Assembly: GCA_014584395.1 (NCBI GenBank)
Contig: JACTMY010000017.1
Span: 40,012 to 104,011 of the forward strand
Length of the DNA: 64,000 nt
Source of the DNA: Planctomycetota bacterium
GTDB lineage: Bacteria > Planctomycetota > Planctomycetia > Gemmatales > HRBIN36
Direction of reading: 5' to 3'
Part shown: in pieces, positions 46,792-57,413 of the stretch
How the letters are laid out: each line of letters opens with the position of its first letter
Numbering within the stretch: position 1 is the stretch's first letter
Made by a program: the position numbers and the translations under genes
Notes under the pieces: generated by a model
Database searches by the model: none
Told to the model about the DNA's origin: nothing
The model's input: the letters and a program-made list of their open reading frames with translations, nothing else

Positions 46792-47055
46792 ATGAGTTTT
46801 GACTTTTTAGATCGCCTCTCCGGGCGCGAAATGATGTTGATTGCGATCATCGGCATTCCCGCCTGCTTGGTGACCATTGGCTGCATGGTGAATCAGATCC
46901 TGCAATATCTGCAAACCACCAAACTGACGCAGGCCGAGTTGGCCCTGAAGCAGGAAATGGTGGCCCAAGGGCGGTCCGCCGAGGAGATCGAACGCATTCT
47001 CAAGGCCAAGGTCGGCGACGCAAAAAAACGGGACGAATCCTATCGCTTCGGCTAA
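46792..47055 (+). CDS. small single-pass membrane protein, paralogue 2
   Basis: MSFDFLDRLSGREMMLIAIIGIPACLVTIGCM...LKQEMVAQGRSAEEIERIL. Same architecture as 46543-46773. Confidence 0.65.
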   Translation: MSFDFLDRLSGREMMLIAIIGIPACLVTIGCMVNQILQYLQTTKLTQAELALKQEMVAQGRSAEEIERILKAKVGDAKKRDESYRFG

Positions 47056-47064
47056 GCTGTCCCT

Positions 47065-47910
47065 ATGGATCCACCAGCCCTGGAGCTTCAGCGCGTCTGC
47101 TTCGCCTACCCCTTGCAGCGCGTGGTTCTTCAAGAGGTTTCCCTCGCGGTTTATCCCGGTGAACGCGTGGCCTTAGTCGGCCCCAACGGCGCGGGCAAGA
47201 CCACGCTTTTTCTTTGCGCGGCCGGGGTGTTGCAACCCCAATCCGGCTCCATCAGCGTCATGGGGCTGAATCCCGAGCGCACCGCCGACCGCCGGCAACT
47301 CCCGCAGCGCCTCGGCGTCATTTTTCAGGATAGCGACGATCAAATCTTCAGCACGACCGTGCTGGACGACGTGGCCTTCGGACCCATCAACCTGGGGCTG
47401 CCGATCACCGAAGTGAGAGAACGAGCGTTCAAGGCCATGCGTCAAGTCGGGCTGGAAGGGTTCGAGCAGCGGGTGCCGCATCACCTCTCGGGGGGAGAAA
47501 AACGCCGCGTGGCCCTGGCCGGCGTGCTCGCCATGGAACCGGCCGTCATGCTGCTGGATGAGCCGACGGCTTTTCTCGACCCGAAGGGCCGCCGCATGCT
47601 CTTGGCGGTCCTGCGGTCCTTGCCGCAAACGATGCTCATCGCCTCCCATGACCTGGAGTTCGTCCTTCGTCTCTGCCACCGGGCGATCGTAATGGATGGC
47701 GGTCGGATCGTGGCCGAGGGCCAGCCCAGCGACGTCTTTTCACGGCAGGGCTTGATGGACGTCCATGGTCTGGAAGTGCCCGCGAGTCTGGCGCTGCGCC
47801 GCAACGAAGAAAGCCCGAACGCGCCGGAGCACGGTCGGGCTTGCTCAGATTCATCATCGCCTTCGATTACGAGGTGCCGCCCGGACGCGGTTGACCCGGC
47901 TGCATCTTGA
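47065..47910 (+). CDS. ECF/CbiO-type ABC ATPase (no T or S component adjacent)
   Basis: GPNGAGKTT, QIFSTTVLDDVAFGPINLGL, LSGGEKRRVALAGVLAMEP, LLLDEPTAFLDP. Confidence 0.85.
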   Translation: MDPPALELQRVCFAYPLQRVVLQEVSLAVYPGERVALVGPNGAGKTTLFLCAAGVLQPQSGSISVMGLNPERTADRRQLPQRLGVIFQDSDDQIFSTTVLDDVAFGPINLGLPITEVRERAFKAMRQVGLEGFEQRVPHHLSGGEKRRVALAGVLAMEPAVMLLDEPTAFLDPKGRRMLLAVLRSLPQTMLIASHDLEFVLRLCHRAIVMDGGRIVAEGQPSDVFSRQGLMDVHGLEVPASLALRRNEESPNAPEHGRACSDSSSPSITRCRPDAVDPAAS

Positions 47911-48211
47911 CGCGCTTTTGAATGTCCGTTTCCAGAACGCCGTAGATGTTTTCGTGTTGCTGCAAGGCCATCCCCAAGGCCATGAGCAAACGCTTGGCCG
48001 TGTAGTAATTAAGGACCAGGCGATGGGTCAAGCGCACGGGTTCATTCGGGTTGGGGGACATTTGCGTATTGAGGCCGAAGTCCAGCACCAATTCCTCGGG
48101 AGTTCCCGTCACCCGGGCGAAATTGGCATAGGCCGTGGACATGGCCGTGGAATCCATCGGAAATTCGCGGGATTGTTGTCCTTGAGGGTTCGTGGGGGAT
48201 TCGGCTCCCAT
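47867..48211 (-). CDS. DUF3467 domain protein
   Basis: YANFARVTGTPEELVLDFGLN...RLVLNYYTAKRLLMAL. The RBS AAAGGAAG lies 5 nt before ATG 48211. Confidence 0.7.
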   Translation of the reverse strand: MGAESPTNPQGQQSREFPMDSTAMSTAYANFARVTGTPEELVLDFGLNTQMSPNPNEPVRLTHRLVLNYYTAKRLLMALGMALQQHENIYGVLETDIQKRVKMQPGQPRPGGTS

Positions 48212-48470
48212 GGTACTTCCTTTCGTTGGATGATCGCATCATCTCGGACCAAACTGCCGACGTTCACCAGGATCGGCTCATCTTCCAAATGGGTCCGGGA
48301 CATTTGGAAAGCAAACGCCTCTCGCATTCCTCGGCGGCGCGGGGCAAACCCTTGCCGCATAGGTGGATAATGTAGCCAATGCGGCGGAGCTTGCAAGTCG
48401 AAGCCGAGGGAAACCGATGCGAATTTGGCGGGATGGCGCGGCCGCGCGCGGAAGCGGAGCATGATGGACC

Positions 48471-49340
48471 TCACCGGCCGTTGGCGTGAAAACGCTGATA
48501 AATCTCGTTTAATCCCAACGGCTCGATGCGCAGTTCCGACACCTGTTGCCTGGAGAGCCAAAGCAACAGCGGCTGTGGATCCGCGCGGCAGATCAGCGTG
48601 TAATGGAGTTGATCCACCCGTTTGACTTCCACGCAGGGCGGCGGCGCTTCCGTGGCGGCGCTCGCCAATTGGACTTGAGCCAAGCGACCTTGGCGCAGCT
48701 CCTCCATCGGCTGCAAATGCACCAGCTTGCCCTTGGATAGAATGCCCACTCGGTCGCAAATCCGTTCCACTTCCTGCAAGACGTGGGAAGAAAAAAGGAT
48801 CGTCTGCCGCCTTTGCCGAGCGTCCAATAGTTGATCCAAAAGCTCATCCCGCATGGTGGGGTCCAGCGTATTGGTCGGCTCATCGAGAATGATCAACGGC
48901 ACTTCCGGCAGCAAGACCTGCATCAGGGCGAGCTTGCGTTTCATGCCGGAAGAGAGATGGGCGATGGGCAGGTCGATATCGATGTCGAAGCGCCGGGCAT
49001 AGCGATCCGCGTCGCCGTTGAGCTTCTGGCCGCGCAGCCCGGCCAGGAATTGCAGCAAGCGGCGGCCGGTCATGTTGTCGTAGAGCCGCAGTTCGCCGGG
49101 CAGATAAGCCGCCTTGCGCCGGACGGCCACGCTCTCGCGCCAGCAATCATGCCCATCGATGAAGGCGCGCCCCGAAGTCGGACGAATCATCCCCAAGAGC
49201 AAGCGAATGGTGGTGGACTTCCCCGAGCCGTTGGGACCGAGCAAGCCAAAGATTTCACCTTGAGGGATCTGCAAGTCCAGGGCATCCAAGGCGCGTTGCG
49301 TCCCATACTGTTTGGTCAGGCGTTCAGTCTTGAGCAGCAT
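48471..49340 (-). CDS. ABC transporter ATP-binding protein (ABC-2 type)
   Basis: GLLGPNGSGKSTT, LSSGMKRKLALMQVLL, LILDEPTNTLDP. Confidence 0.9.
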   Translation of the reverse strand: MLLKTERLTKQYGTQRALDALDLQIPQGEIFGLLGPNGSGKSTTIRLLLGMIRPTSGRAFIDGHDCWRESVAVRRKAAYLPGELRLYDNMTGRRLLQFLAGLRGQKLNGDADRYARRFDIDIDLPIAHLSSGMKRKLALMQVLLPEVPLIILDEPTNTLDPTMRDELLDQLLDARQRRQTILFSSHVLQEVERICDRVGILSKGKLVHLQPMEELRQGRLAQVQLASAATEAPPPCVEVKRVDQLHYTLICRADPQPLLLWLSRQQVSELRIEPLGLNEIYQRFHANGR

Positions 49341-49348
49341 GCCGAGGA

Positions 49349-49918
49349 TTACCCCAGGGATTTGGGCGAAGTTTCGCTTTTTACGATCGGCTTGACGTTG
49401 GCCTGCTCGCTGGCTTCCTTCGCATAGAGCACCAGGGCTACGCCCGACGCCACCAGGGCCACGCCGACGTAAAACATCCAGCCGGGGGCCGCCTTGGGCA
49501 GGGCGAAATGAAAAGCCGACTGCGCCGAGGGATGCCAGAACAAGCTGACGATGGTATTGATCACGGGGGCCAAACCGAAAATCAAGGGCGCGATAAACAG
49601 CCGATCGCCGGGACTGGCAGCGGCCGTGGCAAAAACGACGCAGATGGCGCCGCCCGCTCCCGCGGCGCCGGCCAGCGAGGAAAAGAAGACGCCGTGGCCG
49701 TTATTTTGTGCATTGCCCGTGCCGTTGAGGTAAAAATAGCCCAAGGGGAAAAGGACGCCCATAACGAAATAGGCCAGACCCACGCAGAGGATGGCCGCGA
49801 AGCGATTGCCGATGCCGGGCGTTCCATCGCTGAGGCTTTTGCCGCCGAAGGCGATCAAGGGCACATAGGTTCCCCAACAGAGTCCCGCTCCGATGACAAA
49901 GGCGAGCCAAACTTTCAT
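49349..49918 (-). CDS. integral membrane protein (hypothetical, about 5 TM)
   Basis: MKVWLAFVIGAGLCWGTYVPLI... Its stop lies 8 nt before the ABC ATPase start. Confidence 0.6.
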   Translation of the reverse strand: MKVWLAFVIGAGLCWGTYVPLIAFGGKSLSDGTPGIGNRFAAILCVGLAYFVMGVLFPLGYFYLNGTGNAQNNGHGVFFSSLAGAAGAGGAICVVFATAAASPGDRLFIAPLIFGLAPVINTIVSLFWHPSAQSAFHFALPKAAPGWMFYVGVALVASGVALVLYAKEASEQANVKPIVKSETSPKSLG

Positions 49919-50026
49919 GATGCATCTTCCTCCGAAGCTTGTTACAAACAGATTCATGCTAACTTACGTCCGATGCATGGGGTTGCAAGCAGTCTTCATC
50001 CGCGGTGAACCAACGGGGGTAGGGGC

Positions 50027-50569
50027 ATGACCGAGCCCATGAACGAGTACTCAGCGTCCGCTCCGCCGCCGATGTGGGTCAAGGTTTTGAAGCAGGTCAT
50101 GTATTGGGCGCTCTTCGCGCTTGTGCTGGCCGCCCTGGTTCGGTATGGCTTCGTCGTCTATCAGCGTTCGGAAATGACCAGTCAGTTGATGGATAAAGGC
50201 AGTCAGGCGTATGATGCTTGGAAGAAAGCCTTGGCGAGCAAGGACCCTGCCGCCATCCATCGTCTCTGTTCACCCGATTATCAGGCGCGGATCAGCCCGG
50301 AAGGGTGGGCCGCGTTGCTGGAAAAGCATCCCGTATTGACCGAGCAACTGATCATGCAATCCTTCACTTATCGTTCGGATGGAACTTTCCTTTGGAAGAC
50401 CTTTTTGGGGCTGCGCGATGAGATGGCTTCGCCAAAAATGACTTATGTCGTCCATACCGCAAAGGATACCGAACGCAAGCAGCCCATCGTCTTCGTTTTC
50501 ATTCTCGATGAAGGCCAGGTCAAGGTCCGCGAGGTGAGAATCATCGATCAACCTTTGGAGATGCCTTGA
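50027..50569 (+). CDS. membrane-anchored hypothetical protein
   Basis: One TM (VMYWALFALVLAALVRYGFVV) plus a domain of about 120 aa. It is followed after 3 nt by the deacetylase gene. Confidence 0.55.
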   Translation: MTEPMNEYSASAPPPMWVKVLKQVMYWALFALVLAALVRYGFVVYQRSEMTSQLMDKGSQAYDAWKKALASKDPAAIHRLCSPDYQARISPEGWAALLEKHPVLTEQLIMQSFTYRSDGTFLWKTFLGLRDEMASPKMTYVVHTAKDTERKQPIVFVFILDEGQVKVREVRIIDQPLEMP

Positions 50570-50572
50570 TCC

Positions 50573-51487
50573 ATGCCGGCCGCGGCGCTTCCAGTCTTTG
50601 CCTGCGACGCCTTCTCGTTTCCTCTCCCGGAGGGCCATCGCTTTCCGTTGGCAAAGTTTCGCCGGCTCCGAGAGAAGCTGATCGCTGACGGCGTCGTGGC
50701 GGGCCGGGACGTTCACTTGCCCTCTCCCGTCCAGCGGGAGCAGCTCGAACTGGCTCATGACGCGGATTACGTGCAGCGCATGCTCCAAGGACAACTGTCC
50801 GCGGCGGAATGCCGCCGGTTGGGCTTCCCCTGGTCTGCCGCCTTGGTGGAGCGGGCGCTGCGCTCCGCGGGGGGCACCTTGGCCGCGGCCCGCGCGGCCC
50901 TGGAGCGGGGCGTGGGGATCACCTTGGCGGGCGGTACGCACCACGCCGGCGTTCGGCACGGCGAAGGCTTTTGCCTGTTTAACGACAGCATCATTGCCGC
51001 GCGGGTTTTGCAAAGAGAAGGCTGCGTTCGGCGGGTGGTCGTCCTCGATGGCGACGTTCATCAAGGCAACGGCACGGCCGAGATCGCCGACGGGGATGAT
51101 GCCATCTTCACCTTTTCCTTGCATGGCGCCCGCAACTTTCCCTTGCGAAAGCATCCCAGCGATCTGGACATCGCCCTGCCCGATGGCACGGAGGATGAGG
51201 CGTTCCTGCACGCTTGGAGGCATGGGGTGATCGAAGCGCTGGACCGCTCGCGCGCGGAGATGGCCATCTATCTGGCCGGGGCGGACCCCTATCGCGGCGA
51301 CCGCCTGGGCCGGCTCGCCGTTTCTCCCGAGGGATTGCTGCAGCGCGACCGCTTCGCTCTGGCCGCTTGCCATCAAAGGGGGATTCCCGTCGTCGTTACG
51401 ATGGCCGGGGGATATGCCAGGAACATCGACGAAACCGTCGCCATTCAGGCCAGAACGGTCCAAGAAGCGTTGCGCTATGGGAGATGA
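50573..51487 (+). CDS. histone deacetylase-family (arginase/deacetylase fold) protein
   Basis: LAGGTHHAG...GFCLFND...VLDGDVHQGNG...GADPY. Confidence 0.85.
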   Translation: MPAAALPVFACDAFSFPLPEGHRFPLAKFRRLREKLIADGVVAGRDVHLPSPVQREQLELAHDADYVQRMLQGQLSAAECRRLGFPWSAALVERALRSAGGTLAAARAALERGVGITLAGGTHHAGVRHGEGFCLFNDSIIAARVLQREGCVRRVVVLDGDVHQGNGTAEIADGDDAIFTFSLHGARNFPLRKHPSDLDIALPDGTEDEAFLHAWRHGVIEALDRSRAEMAIYLAGADPYRGDRLGRLAVSPEGLLQRDRFALAACHQRGIPVVVTMAGGYARNIDETVAIQARTVQEALRYGR

Positions 51488-51538
51488 ACGGGAAGCGGGC
51501 ATGGAGCGAACCGATGCCCGGTTCAGCCGCGGGCGGAC

Positions 51539-52336
51539 TTAACCGGTTCCCCCCGAGTCGCCGCGCGATTTTTGGCTTAGCGTGCAAGAGCGCATGAACT
51601 CGCGATTCATCTTGGCGATGAAGTCGATGCTGATCTCCTTGGGGCAAGCCGCTTCACATTCGGCTTGATTGGTGCAGGCGCCGAACCCCTCGGCGTCCAT
51701 TTGATAAACCATCTGGCGCACGCGCTCCGTGCGTTCGACCTCGCCCTGCGGCAAGAGGGCCAGATGGGACACCTTGGCGGCCACGAAGAGCATGGCCGAG
51801 GCATTTTTGCACGCCGCGACGCAGGCGCCGCAGCCGATGCAGGCCGCCGCGTCCATGGCCAGATTGGCCTGATGCTTGGGGATGGGGATGGCGTTGCCAT
51901 CGACGGCGTTGCCCGTGTTCACCGAAACAAAGCCGCCCGCTTGGATGATGCGATCGAAGGCGGCGCGATCCACCACGCAATCCTTGAGGACGGGGAAGCC
52001 TGCCGCCCGCCAGGGTTCGATGTAGAGATGGTCGCCATCCGTGAAGTCGCGCATGTAGACCTGGCACGTCGTCGCGGCTTTGTTCGGGCCATGCGGCCGC
52101 CCATTGATCACCAGGCCGCACGTGCCGCAGATGCCCTCGCGGCAGTCGAATTCAAAGGCGATGGGCTCCTCGCCCTTTTCCGTCAGCTCATCGTTGACCA
52201 CGTCGAGCATTTCCAGCAGGGACATGTCGGGGCTGACGTTGGTCGCCTTGTACTCCACCATGCGGCCCGGATCGCTCGGCCCCTTTTGCCGCCACACGTG
52301 GAGAGTCAGGTTCATCAATTTCGTTGCACCGGCCAT
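51539..52336 (-). CDS. sdhB: succinate dehydrogenase/fumarate reductase iron-sulfur subunit
   Basis: [38 protein letters not shown]. The start is uncertain (ATG 52336 or 52315). Confidence 0.9.
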   Translation of the reverse strand: MAGATKLMNLTLHVWRQKGPSDPGRMVEYKATNVSPDMSLLEMLDVVNDELTEKGEEPIAFEFDCREGICGTCGLVINGRPHGPNKAATTCQVYMRDFTDGDHLYIEPWRAAGFPVLKDCVVDRAAFDRIIQAGGFVSVNTGNAVDGNAIPIPKHQANLAMDAAACIGCGACVAACKNASAMLFVAAKVSHLALLPQGEVERTERVRQMVYQMDAEGFGACTNQAECEAACPKEISIDFIAKMNREFMRSCTLSQKSRGDSGGTG

Positions 52337-52413
52337 GTTGACGTTGCACTCCTCTCGACACGCCGTTCGCCGGCCTCTCGCCTGGCTAACGGCGCGAAGC
52401 GGCTGGAAAAGCG

Positions 52414-54324
52414 TTATTTGTAACTGCGCACCGTGGGCTTGACTTCCTCGAAGACCAAAGGCTCGGTGTGCCGAATCGGCGGTTGATCCGGGCCGGCGTA
52501 CTCCCAGGCGGCCGCGTGGCAAAACTCCGCGTCGTTGCGGGCCGCTTCGCCGTTGTCTTGATATTCCTCGCGGAAATGACCGCCGCAGGATTCATTCCGC
52601 TGCAAGGCGTCCAGGCACAGCAGCTCCGCAAACTCGAGATAATCGGCCACGCGGTTGGCGTATTCCAGCGAGGGATTCAGGTCGTTCCCCTGGCCCGGCA
52701 CGGAAACGTTTTGCCAGAAATCCGCCCGCAACTCGGGGATGCGCCGCAGCGCCGCTTGCAAACTCTCCGCCGTGCGCGCCATGCCGCAGTGGTCCCACAT
52801 CACCTTGCCCAGTTCCTTGTGGAACGCCGTGATGGTTTTCTTGCCGCGAATGGCGAGCAGCTTGTCCAGCTTCTGCTGCACGGACGAAGCGGCTTCCTTG
52901 AAGGCGTCGTGATCGGTGCCGACCTCTTCCTTTTTCACCGAGGCCAACTCCTGGCCCATCGTGTAGGGCAGAATGAAATAGCCATCCGCCAGGCCCTGCA
53001 TCAACGCGCTGGCGCCCAGGCGATTGGCGCCGTGGTCGGAGAAATTGGCCTCGCCGATCACAAACAGGTTTTGCACGTTGGACATGAGGTTGTAGTCCAC
53101 CCACAGTCCGCCCATCGTGTAATGCAGGGCGGGGTAAATGCGCATCGGCGAGCGATACGGATTTTCGTGGGTGATGTGGGCGTACATGTCGAAGAGGTTG
53201 CCGTATTTCTCGCGAATGACGTGCTCCCCGACCCGGGCGATGGCATCCTTGAAATCGAGATAGACGCCGCGGCCGCTCTCGCCCACGCCCCGGCCCTCAT
53301 CGCACACCTGCTTGGCGGCCCGCGACGAGATGTCGCGCGGGGCCAGGTTGCCATAACTGGGGTATTTGCGTTCGAGGTAATAATCCCGTTCGCCTTCGGG
53401 GATTTGCTCCGGCGGCCGCTTGTCGCCCGCCTTCAGGGGCACCCACACGCGGCCGTCGTTGCGGAGCGATTCCGACATGAGGGTCAGCTTTTTCTGATAA
53501 TCGCCGCTCACCGGGATGCACGTCGGGTGAATCTGCGTGTAGCAGGGATTGGCGAAGGCGGCGCCGCGCTTGTAGGCGCGGAACGTGGCCGAGACGTTGC
53601 AGCCCGCCGCGTTGGTCGACAGGAAAAAGACGTTGCTGTAGCCGCCCGTGCCCAGGACGACGGCGTCCCCGGCGTGGGCTTCGATGCGGCCGGTGACCAG
53701 GTCGCGCGTGATGATGCCGACGGCCCGGCCGTTGACGACGACCAGGTCGACCATCTCGCAGCGGGTGTGCATTTTGACTTTGCCCAGGCCGATCTGCCGG
53801 GACAGGGCGGAATAGGCGCCGATGAGCAATTGCTGGCCGGTCTGGCCGCGGCAGTAAAAGGTGCGCGACACCTGGGCGCCGCCGAAGCTGCGATTGGCGA
53901 GCGTGCCGCCGTATTCGCGGTTGAAGGGCACGCCCTGGGCGACGCATTGATCGATGATGTTGACGCTCACCTCGGCCAGGCGGTGCACGTTGGCCTCGCG
54001 GGCGCGAAAGTCGCCGCCCTTGATCGTGTCATAGAAGAGGCGGAAGATGCTGTCGCCGTCGTTTTGATAGTTTTTGGCGGCGTTGATGCCGCCCTGGGCG
54101 GCGATGCTGTGCGCGCGGCGCGGACTGTCGTGAAAGGTGAAGGCGTGAACGTTGTATCCCAATTCCGCCAGGGTGGCCGCCGCCGAGGCCCCCGCCAGCC
54201 CCGTCCCCACGATGAGGATTTTGTACTTCCGCTTGTTGTTGGGGGCGACCAGCTTCATCTCCGACCGGTAGCGCGTCCACTTCGAGGCGAGCGGGCCGCC
54301 TGGCACTTTCGATTCGAGTTTCAT
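52414..54324 (-). CDS. sdhA: succinate dehydrogenase/fumarate reductase flavoprotein subunit
   Basis: [28 protein letters not shown], and the full-length FAD/capping/C-terminal domains. Confidence 0.95.
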   Translation of the reverse strand: MKLESKVPGGPLASKWTRYRSEMKLVAPNNKRKYKILIVGTGLAGASAAATLAELGYNVHAFTFHDSPRRAHSIAAQGGINAAKNYQNDGDSIFRLFYDTIKGGDFRAREANVHRLAEVSVNIIDQCVAQGVPFNREYGGTLANRSFGGAQVSRTFYCRGQTGQQLLIGAYSALSRQIGLGKVKMHTRCEMVDLVVVNGRAVGIITRDLVTGRIEAHAGDAVVLGTGGYSNVFFLSTNAAGCNVSATFRAYKRGAAFANPCYTQIHPTCIPVSGDYQKKLTLMSESLRNDGRVWVPLKAGDKRPPEQIPEGERDYYLERKYPSYGNLAPRDISSRAAKQVCDEGRGVGESGRGVYLDFKDAIARVGEHVIREKYGNLFDMYAHITHENPYRSPMRIYPALHYTMGGLWVDYNLMSNVQNLFVIGEANFSDHGANRLGASALMQGLADGYFILPYTMGQELASVKKEEVGTDHDAFKEAASSVQQKLDKLLAIRGKKTITAFHKELGKVMWDHCGMARTAESLQAALRRIPELRADFWQNVSVPGQGNDLNPSLEYANRVADYLEFAELLCLDALQRNESCGGHFREEYQDNGEAARNDAEFCHAAAWEYAGPDQPPIRHTEPLVFEEVKPTVRSYK

Positions 54325-54394
54325 GGTCGAGCCTTTATATCCGTTTGCAGTCCACCAAGAAGGTCTGGATCCTCCCGCCGCTCAAGGGGCGGGA

Positions 54395-55165
54395 TTACAG
54401 CGGTTGATAGCCTTGCCCCACCAGGCCAAGCATGATCGTCAACGGCATCGAGACGTTGCCGACCCCGACGATCACGGCCACGGCCGCGCCCACCTTTTGA
54501 ATCAAGGCGTTGTAGCGCGAGTGATTCAGGCCCAACGATTGAAACATGCTCGAGGCCCCGTGATACAAATGCAGGGCCAAGAGCAATTGCGCGAGAATGT
54601 ACGATAGACTGATCACCGGCTGGCGAAAGGCGAGGATCACCATGCCGTACACGTCATGCCGGCCTTGTTGGTCATGCAGCGACAGCATGTCCCGCATGAC
54701 TTCGCCCCCCGTTTGCGGGTCCTTGACCGGCACCTGATGCACGATGCCCAGGGTGTAATGGGCCAGATGAAAAATGACAAACGCCAGGATCACCAACCCG
54801 GTCAGCAACATGTATTTGGAAGGCAGGCTGGCACGGAGCGTCCGCTCCACCTGATAACCAATGGGCCGAGCCTGGCGGTTGCGCCGACTCAGACGAAAGG
54901 CCAGGCCGATGTGGACGAGGAAGACCAGCAGCAAGCCGCCGCGCGCGATCCAAAGCATCGGCCCCATGCCTTTGAGGAACTTGGCATAGCCGTTCAGGGC
55001 GTCCTGACCGCGATAAACGAGCAGATTCCCGGCCATGTGGACCAGGACAAAGGCCACGAGCAGGAGGCCGGTGATAGCCATCCAGTATTTCGCGGCAAGC
55101 GTGGAAACGGGCAGCGGGGCAACGTTCGTCCGGGCGGCGGGCCGGGGGGCGGTCATGGTGCTCAT
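54395..55165 (-). CDS. sdhC: succinate dehydrogenase cytochrome b558-type membrane subunit
   Basis: 256 aa with 5 TM and conserved His in the helices (LVHMAGN, FLVHIGLA, IFHLAHY, LALHLYHG), upstream of sdhA. Confidence 0.85.
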   Translation of the reverse strand: MSTMTAPRPAARTNVAPLPVSTLAAKYWMAITGLLLVAFVLVHMAGNLLVYRGQDALNGYAKFLKGMGPMLWIARGGLLLVFLVHIGLAFRLSRRNRQARPIGYQVERTLRASLPSKYMLLTGLVILAFVIFHLAHYTLGIVHQVPVKDPQTGGEVMRDMLSLHDQQGRHDVYGMVILAFRQPVISLSYILAQLLLALHLYHGASSMFQSLGLNHSRYNALIQKVGAAVAVIVGVGNVSMPLTIMLGLVGQGYQPL

Positions 55166-55374
55166 GGATGGGCCAATCTCCGAGGTGATGCAATGGGAAG
55201 CATCAAGGAGCCGGCCGACGAAAATCGCGTCGGCGAGCGCCGGTGATTTTCTTATCCATTTCGCGCAGCTTGGACAGGTGAAAGTAGTTCACCCCAGGGC
55301 GGCCGCGGCACGATGAACGATTGACTTGGAGCAGGTCCGTCAGCTTCGACAGATCGCGGAGCACCAAAGCGCCA

Positions 55375-56310
55375 TCAATCCTCGGGCAACTGGACGGTTT
55401 CGCCGCCGTTGCGGGTGCACAAGGCCCGCATGATGCGATCCGAGACGGAGTATTTGAAGAAATGAACGGAGCCATCCACCATGAGAAAATGGGCCCCGCC
55501 AGGGTGCATGCTCCAGTAGTGGCCGCGGTCGCAGGGCCGGTCGATGCGGCCGGGACCCAGGCAGGGCGTGGGGAATTGTTCGCAGGGATCACGCGGAACT
55601 TCAATGCCCACGTCATAGCGCGGCGGACAATGAACGGTATTCTCATTGTTCCTCACGACGGGAAGAGGTTGATAAATGGTGTACCATTTCCCGGAGCGGT
55701 AATCGTCTGGCGGCGGTCGTTCGCCGGCCATGATGGTCGTGGAATGGCCATCGATCACGTCGCTGAAACGGATCTCGTTGAAATCGAGAAAGATGCCATT
55801 GTACAGGGAGCCAGCATTCCCAACATAGGACATCACGGCAATCTTTTGCCCCGACGGCGTGAAGACCGGGTTTAATAGTCGGCGATCCAAGGGACATACA
55901 AAGAGCGGGATGACCGTGGCATTGCCCACATGCGGCGGATCGATCCACGTTTCCACGTTGAGTTCAAACGCTTGCTGCGTCTGACTCCATAAGGCGTTCT
56001 GTTCGATGTAAGGCAGCAATTGCGCAGGCCAGGCCAGCCGATCCTCGGCGTATTTCCAAAAGTTTGTGACATAATCAGGATTCCGTTTGGCATATTGCGA
56101 TGGGCCGGGGAAGCGCTGATGGTTGGCATGAAAGTGATGAATGGCCACGCCGATTTGCCGCAGATTGGATTGGCATTGAACCGCGGCGGCCGAGGCGCGT
56201 ATCCGTTGAATGGCAGGCATCAAGAGGCCGATGAGAAGCGAGATGATGCCCAGGCAGACCAACAGTTCGACAAGGGTAAATGCAGAGCGATGGTGATCAT
56301 GTGCTTTCAT
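55375..56310 (-). CDS. prepilin-type N-terminal cleavage/methylation domain + DUF1559, H-X9-DG protein
   Basis: Leader HHRSA/FTLVELLVCLGIISLLIGLLMPAIQ and C-terminal HPGGAHFLMVDGSVHFF. Confidence 0.9.
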   Translation of the reverse strand: MKAHDHHRSAFTLVELLVCLGIISLLIGLLMPAIQRIRASAAAVQCQSNLRQIGVAIHHFHANHQRFPGPSQYAKRNPDYVTNFWKYAEDRLAWPAQLLPYIEQNALWSQTQQAFELNVETWIDPPHVGNATVIPLFVCPLDRRLLNPVFTPSGQKIAVMSYVGNAGSLYNGIFLDFNEIRFSDVIDGHSTTIMAGERPPPDDYRSGKWYTIYQPLPVVRNNENTVHCPPRYDVGIEVPRDPCEQFPTPCLGPGRIDRPCDRGHYWSMHPGGAHFLMVDGSVHFFKYSVSDRIMRALCTRNGGETVQLPED

Positions 56311-56351
56311 GGCTCACAGTTCTCCATTACCTTGCCCATGTCATGAAGCCA

Positions 56352-57413
56352 TTATGAAGCTTCCAGCCGCTCCCGCCGCTTTTGCCAAAGCCAATAGCCA
56401 ACCGCCAGGAGAAGGAGAGCCAGGCCGCCCAGGATAAACCACAGCCCGCCGCTGCCCGGCTCCGCGCGGGTCGGCCCCAACAAGCTGCGCGGATCGTTGG
56501 TGGCATAAGGCAACTCGGCCTGATTCATGGTGACTTCTTGACCATCTTTCTTGAGCGGAGCCAATGAACCATCATCGAGGACTTTCCAAATCTTTTTGTT
56601 GACTTCATCGAACACTTGAGCGCCTGGAGGAAAAGTCAATTGAAACAGTGAATCGGGTAAATCGGGATTAATCTGATAGTTCTCGAAAGTCATGACCCCA
56701 TGGGCCTTTTGCCTGATCTCATTGGATGTTTTCATATAAGCACGGGAATGGAGACTGATCTTCTTGGGTAAAAATAATCCTGGCAATGGTTCAACATACT
56801 CATCAACGGTTTCTTCTCCATGAATGCTCGCATATGGCTCATCGCTGATCGTATCCTTTATTTTTTTATATATGACACCATTTTTGTCAACATCATACCA
56901 TAATTCATACTTATTTATAGTGGACGCTATCTCTGTAGCATACTGATATTTTACGACAATATAATCTTTCTCTTTCTCTCTTATCATTGACGCAGTTGCC
57001 TGCTTGTCATCCAAAATCTCTTTGAGATACTTGCCCTGATTATGATACATGGAAATGATGCCTAAATGGTCTCTTAGGTCAAAGAAGCTAGAAAGTCTAT
57101 TTCCATGATTATAAGATCGAATATAACCTGTTGCAATTTTTCCTTTTGGTGCATCTAGCCGCAATAGTGATTTGTCCGTGATAACGATAACGGAATAGGC
57201 ATCGATAGTAAAATCTTCCATCCTGATCATTTTATCCTTCATCATGAATAGCCCATTTCTGGCGATACCTATTTCTGGATCACTGGAAATAATTTTACAT
57301 GATATATTTGATATTGATGAATGTAATACATCGATCAGTTTGCATAGTCTTTCTTTTTCACTTGAATGAGTGAATGTTGCAATACATAGTAGAAAATAAA
57401 CATGCATGGTCAT
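56352..57413 (-). CDS. hypothetical protein of the low-GC island, C-terminal TM anchor (possible LolA/RseB-like fold)
   Basis: 353 aa, with an AT-rich body that uses A/T-ending codons. The GC-rich 3' end encodes AEPGSGGLWFILGGLALLLLAVGYWLWQKRRER. PDSLFQLTFPPGAQVFD resembles the LolA-like C-terminal strand; the fold call is weak. Confidence 0.7.
   Translation of the reverse strand: MTMHVYFLLCIATFTHSSEKERLCKLIDVLHSSISNISCKIISSDPEIGIARNGLFMMKDKMIRMEDFTIDAYSVIVITDKSLLRLDAPKGKIATGYIRSYNHGNRLSSFFDLRDHLGIISMYHNQGKYLKEILDDKQATASMIREKEKDYIVVKYQYATEIASTINKYELWYDVDKNGVIYKKIKDTISDEPYASIHGEETVDEYVEPLPGLFLPKKISLHSRAYMKTSNEIRQKAHGVMTFENYQINPDLPDSLFQLTFPPGAQVFDEVNKKIWKVLDDGSLAPLKKDGQEVTMNQAELPYATNDPRSLLGPTRAEPGSGGLWFILGGLALLLLAVGYWLWQKRRERLEAS

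Noticed and set aside
52468-54435. 655-aa plus-strand ORF
   Set aside because: It is antisense to sdhA, another high-GC artefact.
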